Source: Eledone cirrhosa
Lineage: Eukaryota
Direction of reading: 5' to 3'
NCBI GenBank assembly: GCA_964016885.1
Contig: CAXHJY010001554.1
Location: forward strand, 1 to 64,000
DNA: 64,000 bases
The first letter of the stretch is position 1, and every line of letters starts with the position of its first letter. Below the pieces are notes generated by a model. That model was not told the origin of the DNA. It saw nothing but the letters and a program-made list of their open reading frames with translations, and ran no database searches. Both the position numbers and the translations under genes were made by a program. This document shows, piece after piece, positions 19,908 to 35,656 of this stretch.

Positions 19908-20062
19908 TTCATTATTTCTGAAGACGGCGTATATGTGTGTTTGGTATGTATATTTAATCTTGATAGTTTGTATAATTTTGTATAATTTTGTACATAGATC
20001 TGTTGAATATGCATGCCAATTCTAACACATATATATCCTAGAAACGATCGTTAAATAATGAA
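19908..20062 (+). ncRNA. Hammerhead ribozyme, family A, 116-nt stem II
   Basis: TTCATTATTT-CTGAAGA(19918)-116 nt-GAAA(20041)-CGATCG-TT-AAATAATGAA; stem I is a perfect 10 bp. Confidence 0.78.
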
Positions 20063-20127
20063 CTTTTTTTGTTTAATATAAGGAACTGTTTCATTGTTTT
20101 ATTCATTATTTGTTTAATATTTTATAT

Positions 20128-23366
<3,239 letters not shown>

Positions 23367-23409
23367 ACAATATTAAATAAATGGAAAACTATATTTATAA
23401 AACCATATC

Positions 23410-23475
23410 TATTTCATTATATATATTTCGGGGATATCATATTAACAATATGCTATGCCTTCATCAGACAAAATA
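23410..23475 (-). ncRNA. Hammerhead ribozyme, family B
   Basis: Reverse complement of 26778-26843. Confidence 0.72.
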
Positions 23476-23749
23476 CAATATAAACAGTTTTATAGATAAA
23501 TATATTCGACATACCGTAATAAACATCAACTTCATTTGAAGAGGTTTACTCTAGCAGTGAAAATACAGAGAGAAAGAAAGAGAGAAAGAAAAGAGGGAAA
23601 AACGAAAGAAAGAAAGACAAAACGAAGAGAAGGAAGAAAAAGAAGAAAAAGTTTAATTTGCCTAAACCACTCAACAACCTCTCCAGTTCCCCTCCACAAG
23701 CTCAGGTTAGATACACAATCCAAGTTCTTAATTTGCAGTATCACCAAGA

Positions 23750-25293
23750 TTGGATTGTGTATCTAACCTGAGCTTGTGGAGGGGAACTGGAGAGGTTGTT
23801 GAGTGGTTTAGGCAAATTAAATATGACAATAATAATAGGTTTATTCAACTTGATATAGCTAACTATTATTCTTCTATTACCCCTAGTCTACTAAATAGGG
23901 CACTAAATTACGCATTCAAACATACGGACCTAACTAGCAAAGAAATGCATATTATATTATCGGCTAGGAAAACTCTGATAGAATTTAATGACAAATTATG
24001 GACTAGAGCAGATAGAGATAGCAATTTTGACATAACTATGGGATCTTCCGACTCAGCTCAGGTAACTGACCTTGTGGGCTTATTTTTAATCAATTCGCTA
24101 CATAGGAAAATACCTGGTACTACCGGAGGTTTATATAGGGATGACATGCTTTTACTTATTAATAATAATAACCCTGAACTAAATAGAAAATGTAAACAAA
24201 TTACAACATTTTTTAATTACTTTAACCTTAAAATAGAAATTGAGAACAACCATAGAATAGTCAATTTCCTAGATATAACATTAAATCTCAACACATGTCT
24301 CCACTATCCTTTTCACAAGTTGAATGAAAACTTAAACTATGTCAACTTTAACTCTAACCACCCCAGATCTGTCAAAAACACTATAGTAAACTCAGTCCAA
24401 AAACGTATCTCTAGGATCTCGTCGAATAGAAAGATTTTTGACGAAAAGGCCCAATACTATAATGAAGCACTAGCTAGGGCAGGGTATGCTGATAAGATTG
24501 TATACATAGATAATGATAGACAAACTAAACAAAGTAACAACTTTTTTAATTACGGCAACAACATTAACAACTATAATAGAAAGCATTACAATAATTCCAA
24601 AGGACAAAAAAGAAATAGAACTAGGAACATAATTTGGTTTGCCCCCCCTTTCTCACTAAACATTAAAACCCACATCGCTAAATTATTTTTCAAAGCTCTT
24701 GATAATCGCTTCCCTAGAACACATAGGTATCACTCAATCTTCAATAGGCATACAATTAAATTAACCTACTCATCCACCAAAAATTTAGCACAAAATATTA
24801 ATAGAATAAATAATAGGAACTTAAAACCTACTGATAATAGCATAAATAATATACAAGTTAACAAATGTAACTGTAGAGATAGATCTAAATGTCCGTTAAA
24901 TAACAACTGCTTAGTTAAAAATATAGTATACAATTGTAATGTTAATACTGACTCTAATTCTTTTAACTACGTCGGTTCCACATCGACGGAATTTAAACTT
25001 CGCTATAATAACCACAAGAATTCTTTCACAGACCCAAATAAAAAATCTTCAACGGCACTATCAGGGTACTCTGGCAACTTAAGCTAGATAACGTTAGATA
25101 TTCGACGGCTTGGAATATAGTCTCAAGAGGGATTCCTTTTAATTCATCCTCTGAGACATGTGACCTCTGTGCAGAGGAGATATTCTTTATACTAAAATCT
25201 AAAAACTCCCTTAACCTACGGACAAATTTATTCAGTTGTTGCAAACATAGATTAAACTCAACGTTTAAATATAAATTTAAATTTAAAATGTAG
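23750..25293 (+). pseudogene. PLE RT + GIY-YIG endonuclease (5'-truncated; single 1-nt deletion near 25065)
   Basis: FIQLDIANYYSSI, MGSSDSAQVTDLVG, GGLYRDD, CNCRDRSKCPLNNNCL, VYNC..YVG. The in-frame C-terminus can be restored from the copy at 9540-9861. Confidence 0.92.
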
Positions 25294-26777
25294 TATATTT
25301 AGTTTGATTTATATTTATATGAGAACTAGCCATAAATCTTTTGATTCCTAAATCTTTGATTCCCTCGTTTTACTCTTTTTATTGTTTATTTTATTTTATT
25401 TATTTTTATTTTTATCTAAACATTCCTCATGAAAAATTAAGCTACCGTAAAAGCCGATGCTCCAAATTTTTTGAATTAACCTTACACTAGATAAACTTCT
25501 ATATTAAACATAGGAACATATGTAGACATAATTGGACATCATAATCTTTTTTACGATATTCTTTGCTAGATGTGATTGATAGATAATTTTTGGCTTTGTC
25601 TTGTAGTGAACGTGGCAATATATTGTCAATTAACTTTGAAGGGTTGTTTTTTTGTGGTTTATTTTTATTTTTATTTTTTTTATTTTTATTATTTTAGTAT
25701 TGTAGTATTCTATAATATTTTATTTTTTATTTATTTATTTTTTAATATTTTTATATATTTTTATATGTAAATTTTTATATGTAAATTTTTATATGTATAT
25801 TTTTATATGTAAATTTTACTATGTAAATCTTTAATACGTAATATTTTTTAATACGTAGTATTTTTAATATGCAATATTTTTATTATGTAATATTCTTTCG
25901 TAATATTTTTAGTTTTCTATTCTATATTTTTACTTATTATTATGTTTATAATATAATATATATTTTCGATTAGTATATTGAAATCTGCTCTCTATTTCTG
26001 CTTGATAGATAATCTTGTAGAGTAATCGCAAGAATAATAATACGCTCAAATTTTTATACCACGTTGAGAATGTTTTTCCGATAACAGAGTTTGCGGAGTG
26101 AATCAGTTGGATTCAAATTGAGATTTGTAGCTGTCACATAGACATATGAATTTTAAAACTAAACATAAGTTAATGAATTTTCACACATTGTGAATACTTG
26201 TTTCATTCAGGAATACTGATATTTACAGTGTAGTGTAAGTTTTATAAATATATAAATACTAATACATTAAAACATAGGGTTTTCTACGCCTCGAATATGT
26301 CTGGATATTTTAAATTTTTTTTCTCTCTCTATATCTCTCTATATCTCTCTATATATCTCCCTTACATTAATACTTGAGCTAAATAAATAAATAAATAAAT
26401 AAATAAAATAAATGTATCATTGATACACTTACTCAAAATGACCTCCCACTACCTAATTTTCTATATATATATATGTATCTATCTCTATTTCCTCTCTCTA
26501 TATATATATATATCTTTCTGTCTCTTTACATGAAGCTCTTCACTTTATCTATTTTTCCATCTCTCTATTTTGTTCCATGCATTTCTTCTTTTTCTTTTTT
26601 CTTCTTTCTTCTTTTTCTTCCTTCTCTTCGTTTTGTCTTTCTTTCTTTCGTTTTTCCCTCTTTTCTTTCTCTCTTTCTTTCTCTCTGTATTTCCACTGCT
26701 AGAGTAAACCTCTTCAAATGAAGTTGATGTTTATTACGGTATGTCGAATATATTTATCTATAAAACTGTTTATATTG

Positions 26778-26843
26778 TATTTTGTCTGATGAAGGCATAG
26801 CATATTGTTAATATGATATCCCCGAAATATATATAATGAAATA
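26778..26843 (+). ncRNA. Hammerhead ribozyme, family B
   Basis: CTGATGA at 26786, 31-nt stem II containing CATATT/AATATG, GAAA at 26824, palindromic TATATA stem III, UA cleavage site. Confidence 0.72.
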
Positions 26844-26971
26844 GATATGGTTTTATAAATATAGTTTTCCATTTATTTAATATTGTAAATATACTCCAAA
26901 TATTTGTCGAGTGCTTTTATATCAGTTATAAATATTTACTAGTTGTAACCCAACAATTTTAAATATAACTT

Positions 26972-27011
<40 letters not shown>

Positions 27012-27085
27012 TATATATATACAAATATATATATATATATATAAATATATATAAATATATATATATATATAAATATATATAAAAT

Positions 27086-27152
<67 letters not shown>

Positions 27153-27157
27153 ATATA

Positions 27158-27214
<57 letters not shown>

Positions 27215-27225
27215 TTTATATATAT

Positions 27226-27270
<45 letters not shown>

Positions 27271-28250
27271 TATATATATAAATAGATATATATACAAATA
27301 TATATATATATATATATATATAAATATACATATATACAAATATATATATATAAATATATATAAATATATATAAATATATATATATATATAAATATATATA
27401 AATATATATATATATATATAAATATATATAAATATATATATATATATAAATATATATATATATACAAATATATATATATATATATATATATAAATATATA
27501 TAAATATATATATATATATATAGAAAGATTTGAATGGATACAGTTTAGTTGAAAGGAATTTATTGACACGTGTTTCTATAACAGTTACATAACCTAAAAC
27601 AGCTATCTACAAACTTTTAGTTATGCAGACATTCAATATTTCAATGTTATTATTTACTGTCATTTCATCAGAATAATATTACTGAGGACCTATTTAGTTT
27701 TTATAGAGAATATTAGGAGGGAGGGGTGAAGTTGTTAGAAGAATAGTTGAAGGAGTGGTTTTTCGTTAGCAGTGAGAATTCTTGGTGGCAGTGAGTAATT
27801 AGATTCCCATCTGTTGTTTTGGACGTTTTTATAGAATATATTATTGGTTATTTTTCTAAATCTATAGAAGGATTAGAGATAGTAAAGATATTGCGTGGTT
27901 GGTTTTGTGTTTGCACTTAACATTCAGACTTAAATTTTTCTTTCAAGTGTACGTATTCTTTCACCCACGCATTCACACACAAATATATTTGCACACCTCT
28001 ACAAAATACATATACTCACAATTCACATATTCATACTTACATATATATACACATGCATACACATATATATACACACATGTATTCATGTACATACATACGC
28101 GCTCATGTGTATACATTTTCATACTCAACTTATCTTTATATATACACACGTATAGACACACACATATATACATACATACTCTAGTCCATGTGTACACACA
28201 TACACATACATACACATCCATATACACATACATACATACACATATATATT

Positions 28251-28311
<61 letters not shown>

Positions 28312-28894
28312 CACATATATACATACACACACATATATATATTATATATATAAGCACTTTAATACATGAATACACTTACATCTAACTATACACATCAAAC
28401 ATATATATATATTTACTTATTTATATACATTTTCACATATATATACATACTTATGGACGTTTTTTAGACACATTCATTATCGCATATTTGTACTTATTCT
28501 CATCAGCATATCTTTTCATTATTAGTATGGTAATTTAAGGTTATTAATATATGTTGAGAAGAGATTGTTTTTATATTTTTCTAACTAGATTAAGGTTTAT
28601 ATAGTTGGGGGATGTCCCTCTTTTATGTAATATTCAGCTTGTAGTGGGAAAAAAAGGGTTTAGTTCTGTGACGGCAGAATAATGTTCGTTCAATTCTGTT
28701 ATTCAGCAGTTTCTTCTTGTGTGTGATTATGTAATAAATCTCAAGATTACACAATTTGCAGAAATTTTGGCTCCTGGAAAAGCTTTGGGTTTTAGCTAAT
28801 TTTTCCCATTTTAGGGTAAACTTTGATTGCTATCCCTGAGCGTCCAAGCTTTTTCTGCTAAAGTTGTTATATATATATATATATATATATATAA

Positions 28895-28925
<31 letters not shown>

Positions 28926-29077
28926 AATATATATAAATATATATATATATAAATATATATATATAAATATATATAAATATAAATATATATATATAAATAT
29001 ATATAAAATATATATAAAATATATATATATAAATATATATATATATAAATATATATATATAAATATATATATATATA

Positions 29078-29111
<34 letters not shown>

Positions 29112-29190
29112 AATATATAAATATATACATATATAAATATATATATATATATAAAAATATATATATATATAAATATATATATATATAAAT

Positions 29191-29221
<31 letters not shown>

Positions 29222-29224
29222 AAT

Positions 29225-29258
<34 letters not shown>

Positions 29259-29262
29259 TATA

Positions 29263-29304
<42 letters not shown>

Positions 29305-29309
29305 AATAT

Positions 29310-29436
<127 letters not shown>

Positions 29437-29537
29437 AATATATATATATAAATATATATATATAAATATATATATAAATATATATATATTATATATAAAT
29501 ATATATATATATATAATATATATATATATAAATATAT

Positions 29538-29620
<83 letters not shown>

Positions 29621-29865
29621 TATAAATATATATATATAAATATATATAAATATATATAAATATAAATATATATAAATATATTAAATATTAAATATATATA
29701 TATATATTAAATATAAATATATATATATATAAATATAATATATATAAATATATATATATATAAATATATATATATAAATATAAATATATAAATATATATA
29801 TATATAAATTACATATATATATATATATATATATAAATATATAATATATATATATATATATAAAT

Positions 29866-30180
29866 ATATTAGTGAGAAAGAACAAAGGAACTATTATGAC
29901 ATATATAACAAGTTTATTGACGACAGCCGTTTCGTCCGACCATATGGTGGGACTTTTCAAGGCATATAACATGTGATTGTAAGATCATTATTTACATCAA
30001 CGTATCACGAAACGGCTGTCGGCAATAAACTTGTTATAATGTCATAATAGTTCCTCTGTTCTTTCTCACTAATATTTCTGCTCTGCGTATACACATAGAG
30101 CTTAGCTAGCTACCGTCACATATTTTGGTAGGTCAGACGTGATCATCGCGATTCACATACGACCTACCATACATCTTGCT
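29866..30180. mobile_element. Solo inverted pLTR pair, PLE family D
   Basis: 29866-29934 is the reverse complement of ~30008-30075; HHR on the minus strand; tail at 30078-30180. Confidence 0.75.
29915..29966 (-). ncRNA. Minimal hammerhead ribozyme, U3:A8 core (family D)
   Basis: Reverse complement reads TGCC-TTGAAAA-GTCC(loop)GGAC-GAAA-CGGCTG-TC-GTCA; the partner copy at 30021 supplies GGCA for stem I. Confidence 0.7.
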
Positions 30181-30596
30181 TATATAAATATAATATATAT
30201 AAAATATATATATATCTATAAATATATAAATATATAAATATTAATATATATCTATAAATATATAAATATAAATATATATATATAATATAAATATATATAT
30301 ATAAATATTTATATATAAATATAAATATATATAAATATATATATATATAAATATATATATATATAAATATATATATATATAAATATATATAAATATATAT
30401 ATATATAAATATATATATATATAAATATATATATATAACTATATATATATATAAATATATATATATAAATATATATATATATAAATATATATATAAATAT
30501 AAATATATATAAATATATATATAAATATAAATATATATAAATATAAATATAAATATATATATATATAAATATATATATATATAAATATATAAATAT

Positions 30597-30644
<48 letters not shown>

Positions 30645-30685
30645 TATATATATATAAATATAATATATAAATATATATAAATATA

Positions 30686-30740
30686 TGGAAAGGTATATTT
30701 AAATTGTTGGGTTACAACGAGTAAATATTTATAACTAATA
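30686..30740 (-). mobile_element. ~50-bp solo 3' tail fragment of PLE family B
   Basis: ggaaaggtatatttaaattgttgggttacaacgagtaaatatttataact matches 40878-40928. Confidence 0.7.
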
Positions 30741-31166
30741 TTTATATATATATATATATATATAAATATAAATATATATATAAATATATATATAAATATA
30801 TATATAAATATATATATAAATATAAATATATATATAAATATATATATAAATATAAATATATATAAATATATATATAAATATATATATAAATTTAAATATA
30901 TATAAATATATATATATAAATATATGTATATATAAATATATATATATATAAATATATATATATTATAAATAGATATATATATAAATAGATATATATATAA
31001 ATAGATCATATATATAAATATATATATATATAATATATATATATATAAATATATATATATATAAATATATATATATATAAATATATATATATATAAATAT
31101 ATATATATATAAATATATATATATATAAATATATATATATATAAATATATATATATATAAATAAAT

Positions 31167-31197
<31 letters not shown>

Positions 31198-31198
31198 A

Positions 31199-31229
<31 letters not shown>

Positions 31230-31232
31230 AAT

Positions 31233-31291
<59 letters not shown>

Positions 31292-31310
31292 AATATATAT
31301 ATATATAAAT

Positions 31311-31359
<49 letters not shown>

Positions 31360-31501
31360 AATATATATATAAATATATAAATATATATATAAATATATAT
31401 ATATATAAATATATATATATATAAATATATATAAATATATATATTATATAAATATATATATATATAAATATAAATATATATAAATATATATATATATAAA
31501 T

Positions 31502-31534
<33 letters not shown>

Positions 31535-31570
31535 AAATATATATATAAATATATAATATATATATATAAT

Positions 31571-31659
<89 letters not shown>

Positions 31660-32356
31660 TAAATATATATATATATAAATATATATATATATAAATATAT
31701 ATATATAAATATATATATAATATAAATATATATATAATAAATATATATATATATAAAATATATATATATATAAATAAATATATATATAAATATATATATA
31801 TATAAATATATATAAATATATATATATATATATAAATATATATATATATAATAAATATATATATATATAATATATATAAATATATATATATATATATTAT
31901 ATAAATATATATATATAAATATATATATATATAAGTATATATATATAAATATATATATAAATATATATATATAAATATATATATATATAAGTATATATAT
32001 ATAAATATATATATATATAAATATATATATATATAAATATATATATATATAAATATATATATATATAAATATATATATATAAATATATATAAATAAATAT
32101 ATATATATAAATATATATATAATATAAATATATATATATATAAATATATATATATATAAATATATATATATAAATATTATATATATAAATATATATATAT
32201 AAATATATATATATATAAATATATAATATAATATAAATATATATAAATATATATATATATAAATATATATAAATAAATATATATATATAAATATATATAT
32301 ATATAAATATATATATATATAAATATATATAAATAAATATATATAAATATATAAAT

Positions 32357-32393
<37 letters not shown>

Positions 32394-32476
32394 CATTATA
32401 TATATATATAAATATATATATAAATATATATAATATAAGAATATATATATAAATATATATATAAATATATATATAA

Positions 32477-32626
<150 letters not shown>

Positions 32627-33000
32627 TATATATATAAATATAGTAATAATATAATAAAATTGAAGACTAAAATCCAAAGAGGGCTCGATAAGGAAAATAT
32701 ATATCAAATATATAAGAACCGTAGAGCAAATATTTATTAAAATAACAGATTAAAGTTTAAGCAAAGAATCGCTCCTTTCACCCTTAACGGGATCTTCTGA
32801 AACTAACAAAGTCAATCTGTAAACGCAGAACTGGATATTTCAAAAAACGTTGCAACCGGAGGAAGACAGGAAGACGATACTTACGTTCGTGGTAACGTTC
32901 GCTGTCAAAGAACGGGAAAAAAACGAATAATACGTCATTAATAGGAGCGGTGAAAAACAATTACGCGCAAAGACAAAACCACGTTTATGGTATAAAAGAG

Positions 33001-33201
33001 GTCGTATGGGAGATCCTAGCTAGGGCTAGATCGTATAACGGAAATAAAAGACCATGTGACCTCTGTGCCGCTGAGGCCCTGGAAATACTCTACGCTACAG
33101 ACCACATCTTAAACAAAATATCTGAGGCAATTTCGGCTTGTAAACATAAATTGCACAAAACTTTCCTGTATTACAGCCCCACGTTATACCTTAACGGATA
33201 G
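33001..33201 (+). pseudogene. PLE GIY-YIG C-terminal fragment (family E)
   Basis: Same W...CxLC...LN...SxCxH pattern as families A and B. Confidence 0.8.
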
Positions 33202-34128
33202 CAAGATCTATACGTGGATATTTTACGTCTTGATGTGGGAGCTAAGTATATGTTTTGTTTATTCCTTTACGTATTTGCATAGGTAAGTATATAATACCCG
33301 TATGTTTTGTGAAGGTATGTATACCTTCTCGTACGTATATTTGACTGTTATAGCGTATAATTTTACATATTCTGGTATTTAGGGTTTGGCTATGTGTATA
33401 CGGGAGTTTTGCGTCCGTGTGAGTGTGCAGGTTCGTACGTATGGTGGGTGTGTGTATATGTGTACTTCTTGTTTTAGTTGACTTACGTCTCCGAACATTC
33501 GTGTATTTATATGTAGGTATGCGTGTGCGCTTGTTATATACGTATTTATTTACTTATATACGTTTATATAATTATTTATTTATTTGTACACAAACATACA
33601 CACGCACACATATTTATATGTGCGTGGTTTTGTATACCCATGGTAAGGTTTTGCGTATGCTTGTGTATGTACGTATCTGTTTGCGTGTATGTATTTATTT
33701 GTTCCTATTACTTCTGTATTGTATTTATTTACTTTGTTCTTAACTCTGTAGCGGAGATTCATTTGGTCTCCTAGTTAGAATTTTAGTCTACGATTTCTGA
33801 TATACCATTTACGTGGTTTTGTCTTTGCGTGCTATTGTTCTCCACGCTCCACATATGACTTATTATCTTCGTTTTTTCGTTCATTGCCAGAGAACGTCTC
33901 TATGCACCACTTAAGAGAACATTAGTCTACGACCTCTTTTATACCATAAACGTGGTTTTGTCTTTGCGCGTAATTGTTTTTCACCGCTCATATTAATGAC
34001 GTATTATTCGTTTTTTCCCGTTCTTTGCCAGCGAACGTTACCACGAACCAAAGTATCGTCTTCCTGTCTTCTTCCGGTTGCAACGTTTTTTGAAATATCC
34101 AGTTCTGCGTTTACAGATTGACTTTGTT

Positions 34129-34179
34129 AGTTTCAGAAGATCCCGTTAAGGGTGAAAGCAGCGATTCTTTGCATAAACT
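34129..34179 (+). ncRNA. Hammerhead-like motif with CAGAAGA core (family E; second copy at 32754-32804, minus)
   Basis: AGTTT-CAGAAGA-TCCC gttaa GGGT-GAAA-GCA..TGC-..-AAACT. Confidence 0.55.
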
Positions 34180-34230
34180 TTAATCTGTTATTTTAATAAA
34201 TATATATAAATATATATATATATAAATATA

Positions 34231-34930
34231 TGTAGATAAATCTACCAAAAGTTTACGGTAGTGTCCAATCCGTATGAAGAACTCAATGTAATCCGGATAT
34301 CATGGAAAGAGAAGATGCATTCAAAAACTACTTTCGGTGAAAAATAAACGGAAAACAGAGTCAAGATAAATTAATAAAATAATGAATAAACAAAGAAACA
34401 GTTCCTTATATTAAAAAAATTCATCATTTTACGATCGTTTCTAGGATATATATGTGTTAGAGTTGGTATGCATATTCTATAGATCTATGTACAATATTTA
34501 TACAAACTATCAGAGGGAATATACATACCTACACATATATATGCTGTCTTCAGAAATAATGATATTTGTTTATTGAAAAAAACAAAGATTCAATACAATA
34601 GGTCTGTTTGGGAACAGGTTTTGAATTGACCAATAGAGAGATAGTGAGGGTCAAGATAGTAATATAGTAGTAGAAGAACCTTAAATTATGGGTAGAGGAA
34701 GGTAGATTTCAGTTTTGGATGGAAAAGAATATTATGAATGAAGGATTATTTTAGGGAAGAAATAGGTTTTATGCTGACCTCAGAAATAATTTTATTTGTT
34801 CATTGAATAAAACCAACAAAGATCTAATATATTCTGTCTGTTTGGTAAGAGGTTTAGAATTAACCAATAGAAAGTTAATAATTGGCCAAATGGTAAAATT
34901 GTAGTAATTGAAGCTTATTTTAGGGGTGAA
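34231..34930 (-). mobile_element. Diverged family A-like pLTR copy
   Basis: Same terminus (gtagataaatctacc) and HHR region as 10476-10890 with many substitutions; the right boundary is approximate. Confidence 0.75.
34420..34562 (-). ncRNA. Hammerhead ribozyme, family A-like, giant stem II, GUA site
   Basis: Reverse complement reads TCATTATTT-CTGAAGA-~105 nt-GAAA-CGATCG-TA-AAATGATGA. Confidence 0.75.
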
Positions 34931-35129
34931 AATAGGTCAGGTGGTCAGTAAAAGGTATACAAGCAGTTGCTGTTATAAAAAATGGGATCGATTGTGCATT
35001 GGATATCGAATGCTCTACTAAATATATAATATTATAGATGTAGCGAGATCTAGGCAAATTGATGTCTATTGAAACCTACGTAAGAACCGAATAAATCTCT
35101 TTTACTGCATCTTTCTGTTCTTTTTAATT

Positions 35130-35174
<45 letters not shown>

Positions 35175-35656
35175 TAAATAGGTCTTAGGAGTTCTTGGTT
35201 AACGTAGGAGGTATTGTTTCGTTTTTAGAACGACCTTTCAGGCTGAGGTGCGCTTGTCAAACTGATGTGTATGTGGTGTGTCGTTCTATATATAGGGATT
35301 TAACATGTCTGTGGTGTGGTGGGGGTTTTTTCTCCCCCTTTTTAATAAGTGTATGGGTGTAGGTGTGTTGAAAACTGACAAGCGCATCTCAGCGTGAAAG
35401 GTCGTTCTAAAAACGAAACAATACCTCCTACGTTAACCAAGAACTCCTAAGACCTAACTTAATTTATAAAATAATTTTTTTTAAGAAAAACTTTTTTTTT
35501 CTAATCCGGAAAAAAATTCTTTTTGGATTTTGTGAAGAAAATAAATTTGTTGAAAGCACAAGTGAAGCCATTTTTTCTTCCCCCTGTCTTAATATACCTA
35601 ACTGTACCAAGGATTACACACATTTTCCAATATTCTATCCCCTTGTACAAGACAGA

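Larger units (their letters stand above)
10476..20127 (-). mobile_element. PLE family A: 5'-truncated RT-EN element (minus, 10476-16087) with a ~4-kb inverted copy of its 3' part (plus, 16088-20127)
   Basis: 10610-14538 is the reverse complement of 16088-20127, including internal CA/TA microsatellites; the RT ORF lies between the arms. Confidence 0.92.
23367..26975 (+). mobile_element. PLE family B: inverted pLTR (23367-23650, minus) + 5'-truncated RT-EN element with 3' UTR, HHR and tail
   Basis: 23367-23650 is the reverse complement of ~26605-26886; the RT-EN ORF lies between them. Confidence 0.92.
32637..34203 (+). mobile_element. PLE family E: inverted pLTR (32637-33003, minus) + GIY-YIG C-terminus and 3' UTR
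   Basis: 32730-33003 is the reverse complement of ~33930-34203; translation WEILARARSY...CDLCAAE...LNKISEAISACKHK. Confidence 0.85.

Noticed and set aside
28661-28862. Hammerhead candidate in the unassigned 27521-28865 segment (CTGTGA...GAAAAGCTT...AAGCTT)
   Set aside because: The core lacks a base and there is no convincing stem I; the segment may still be a PLE 3' UTR.
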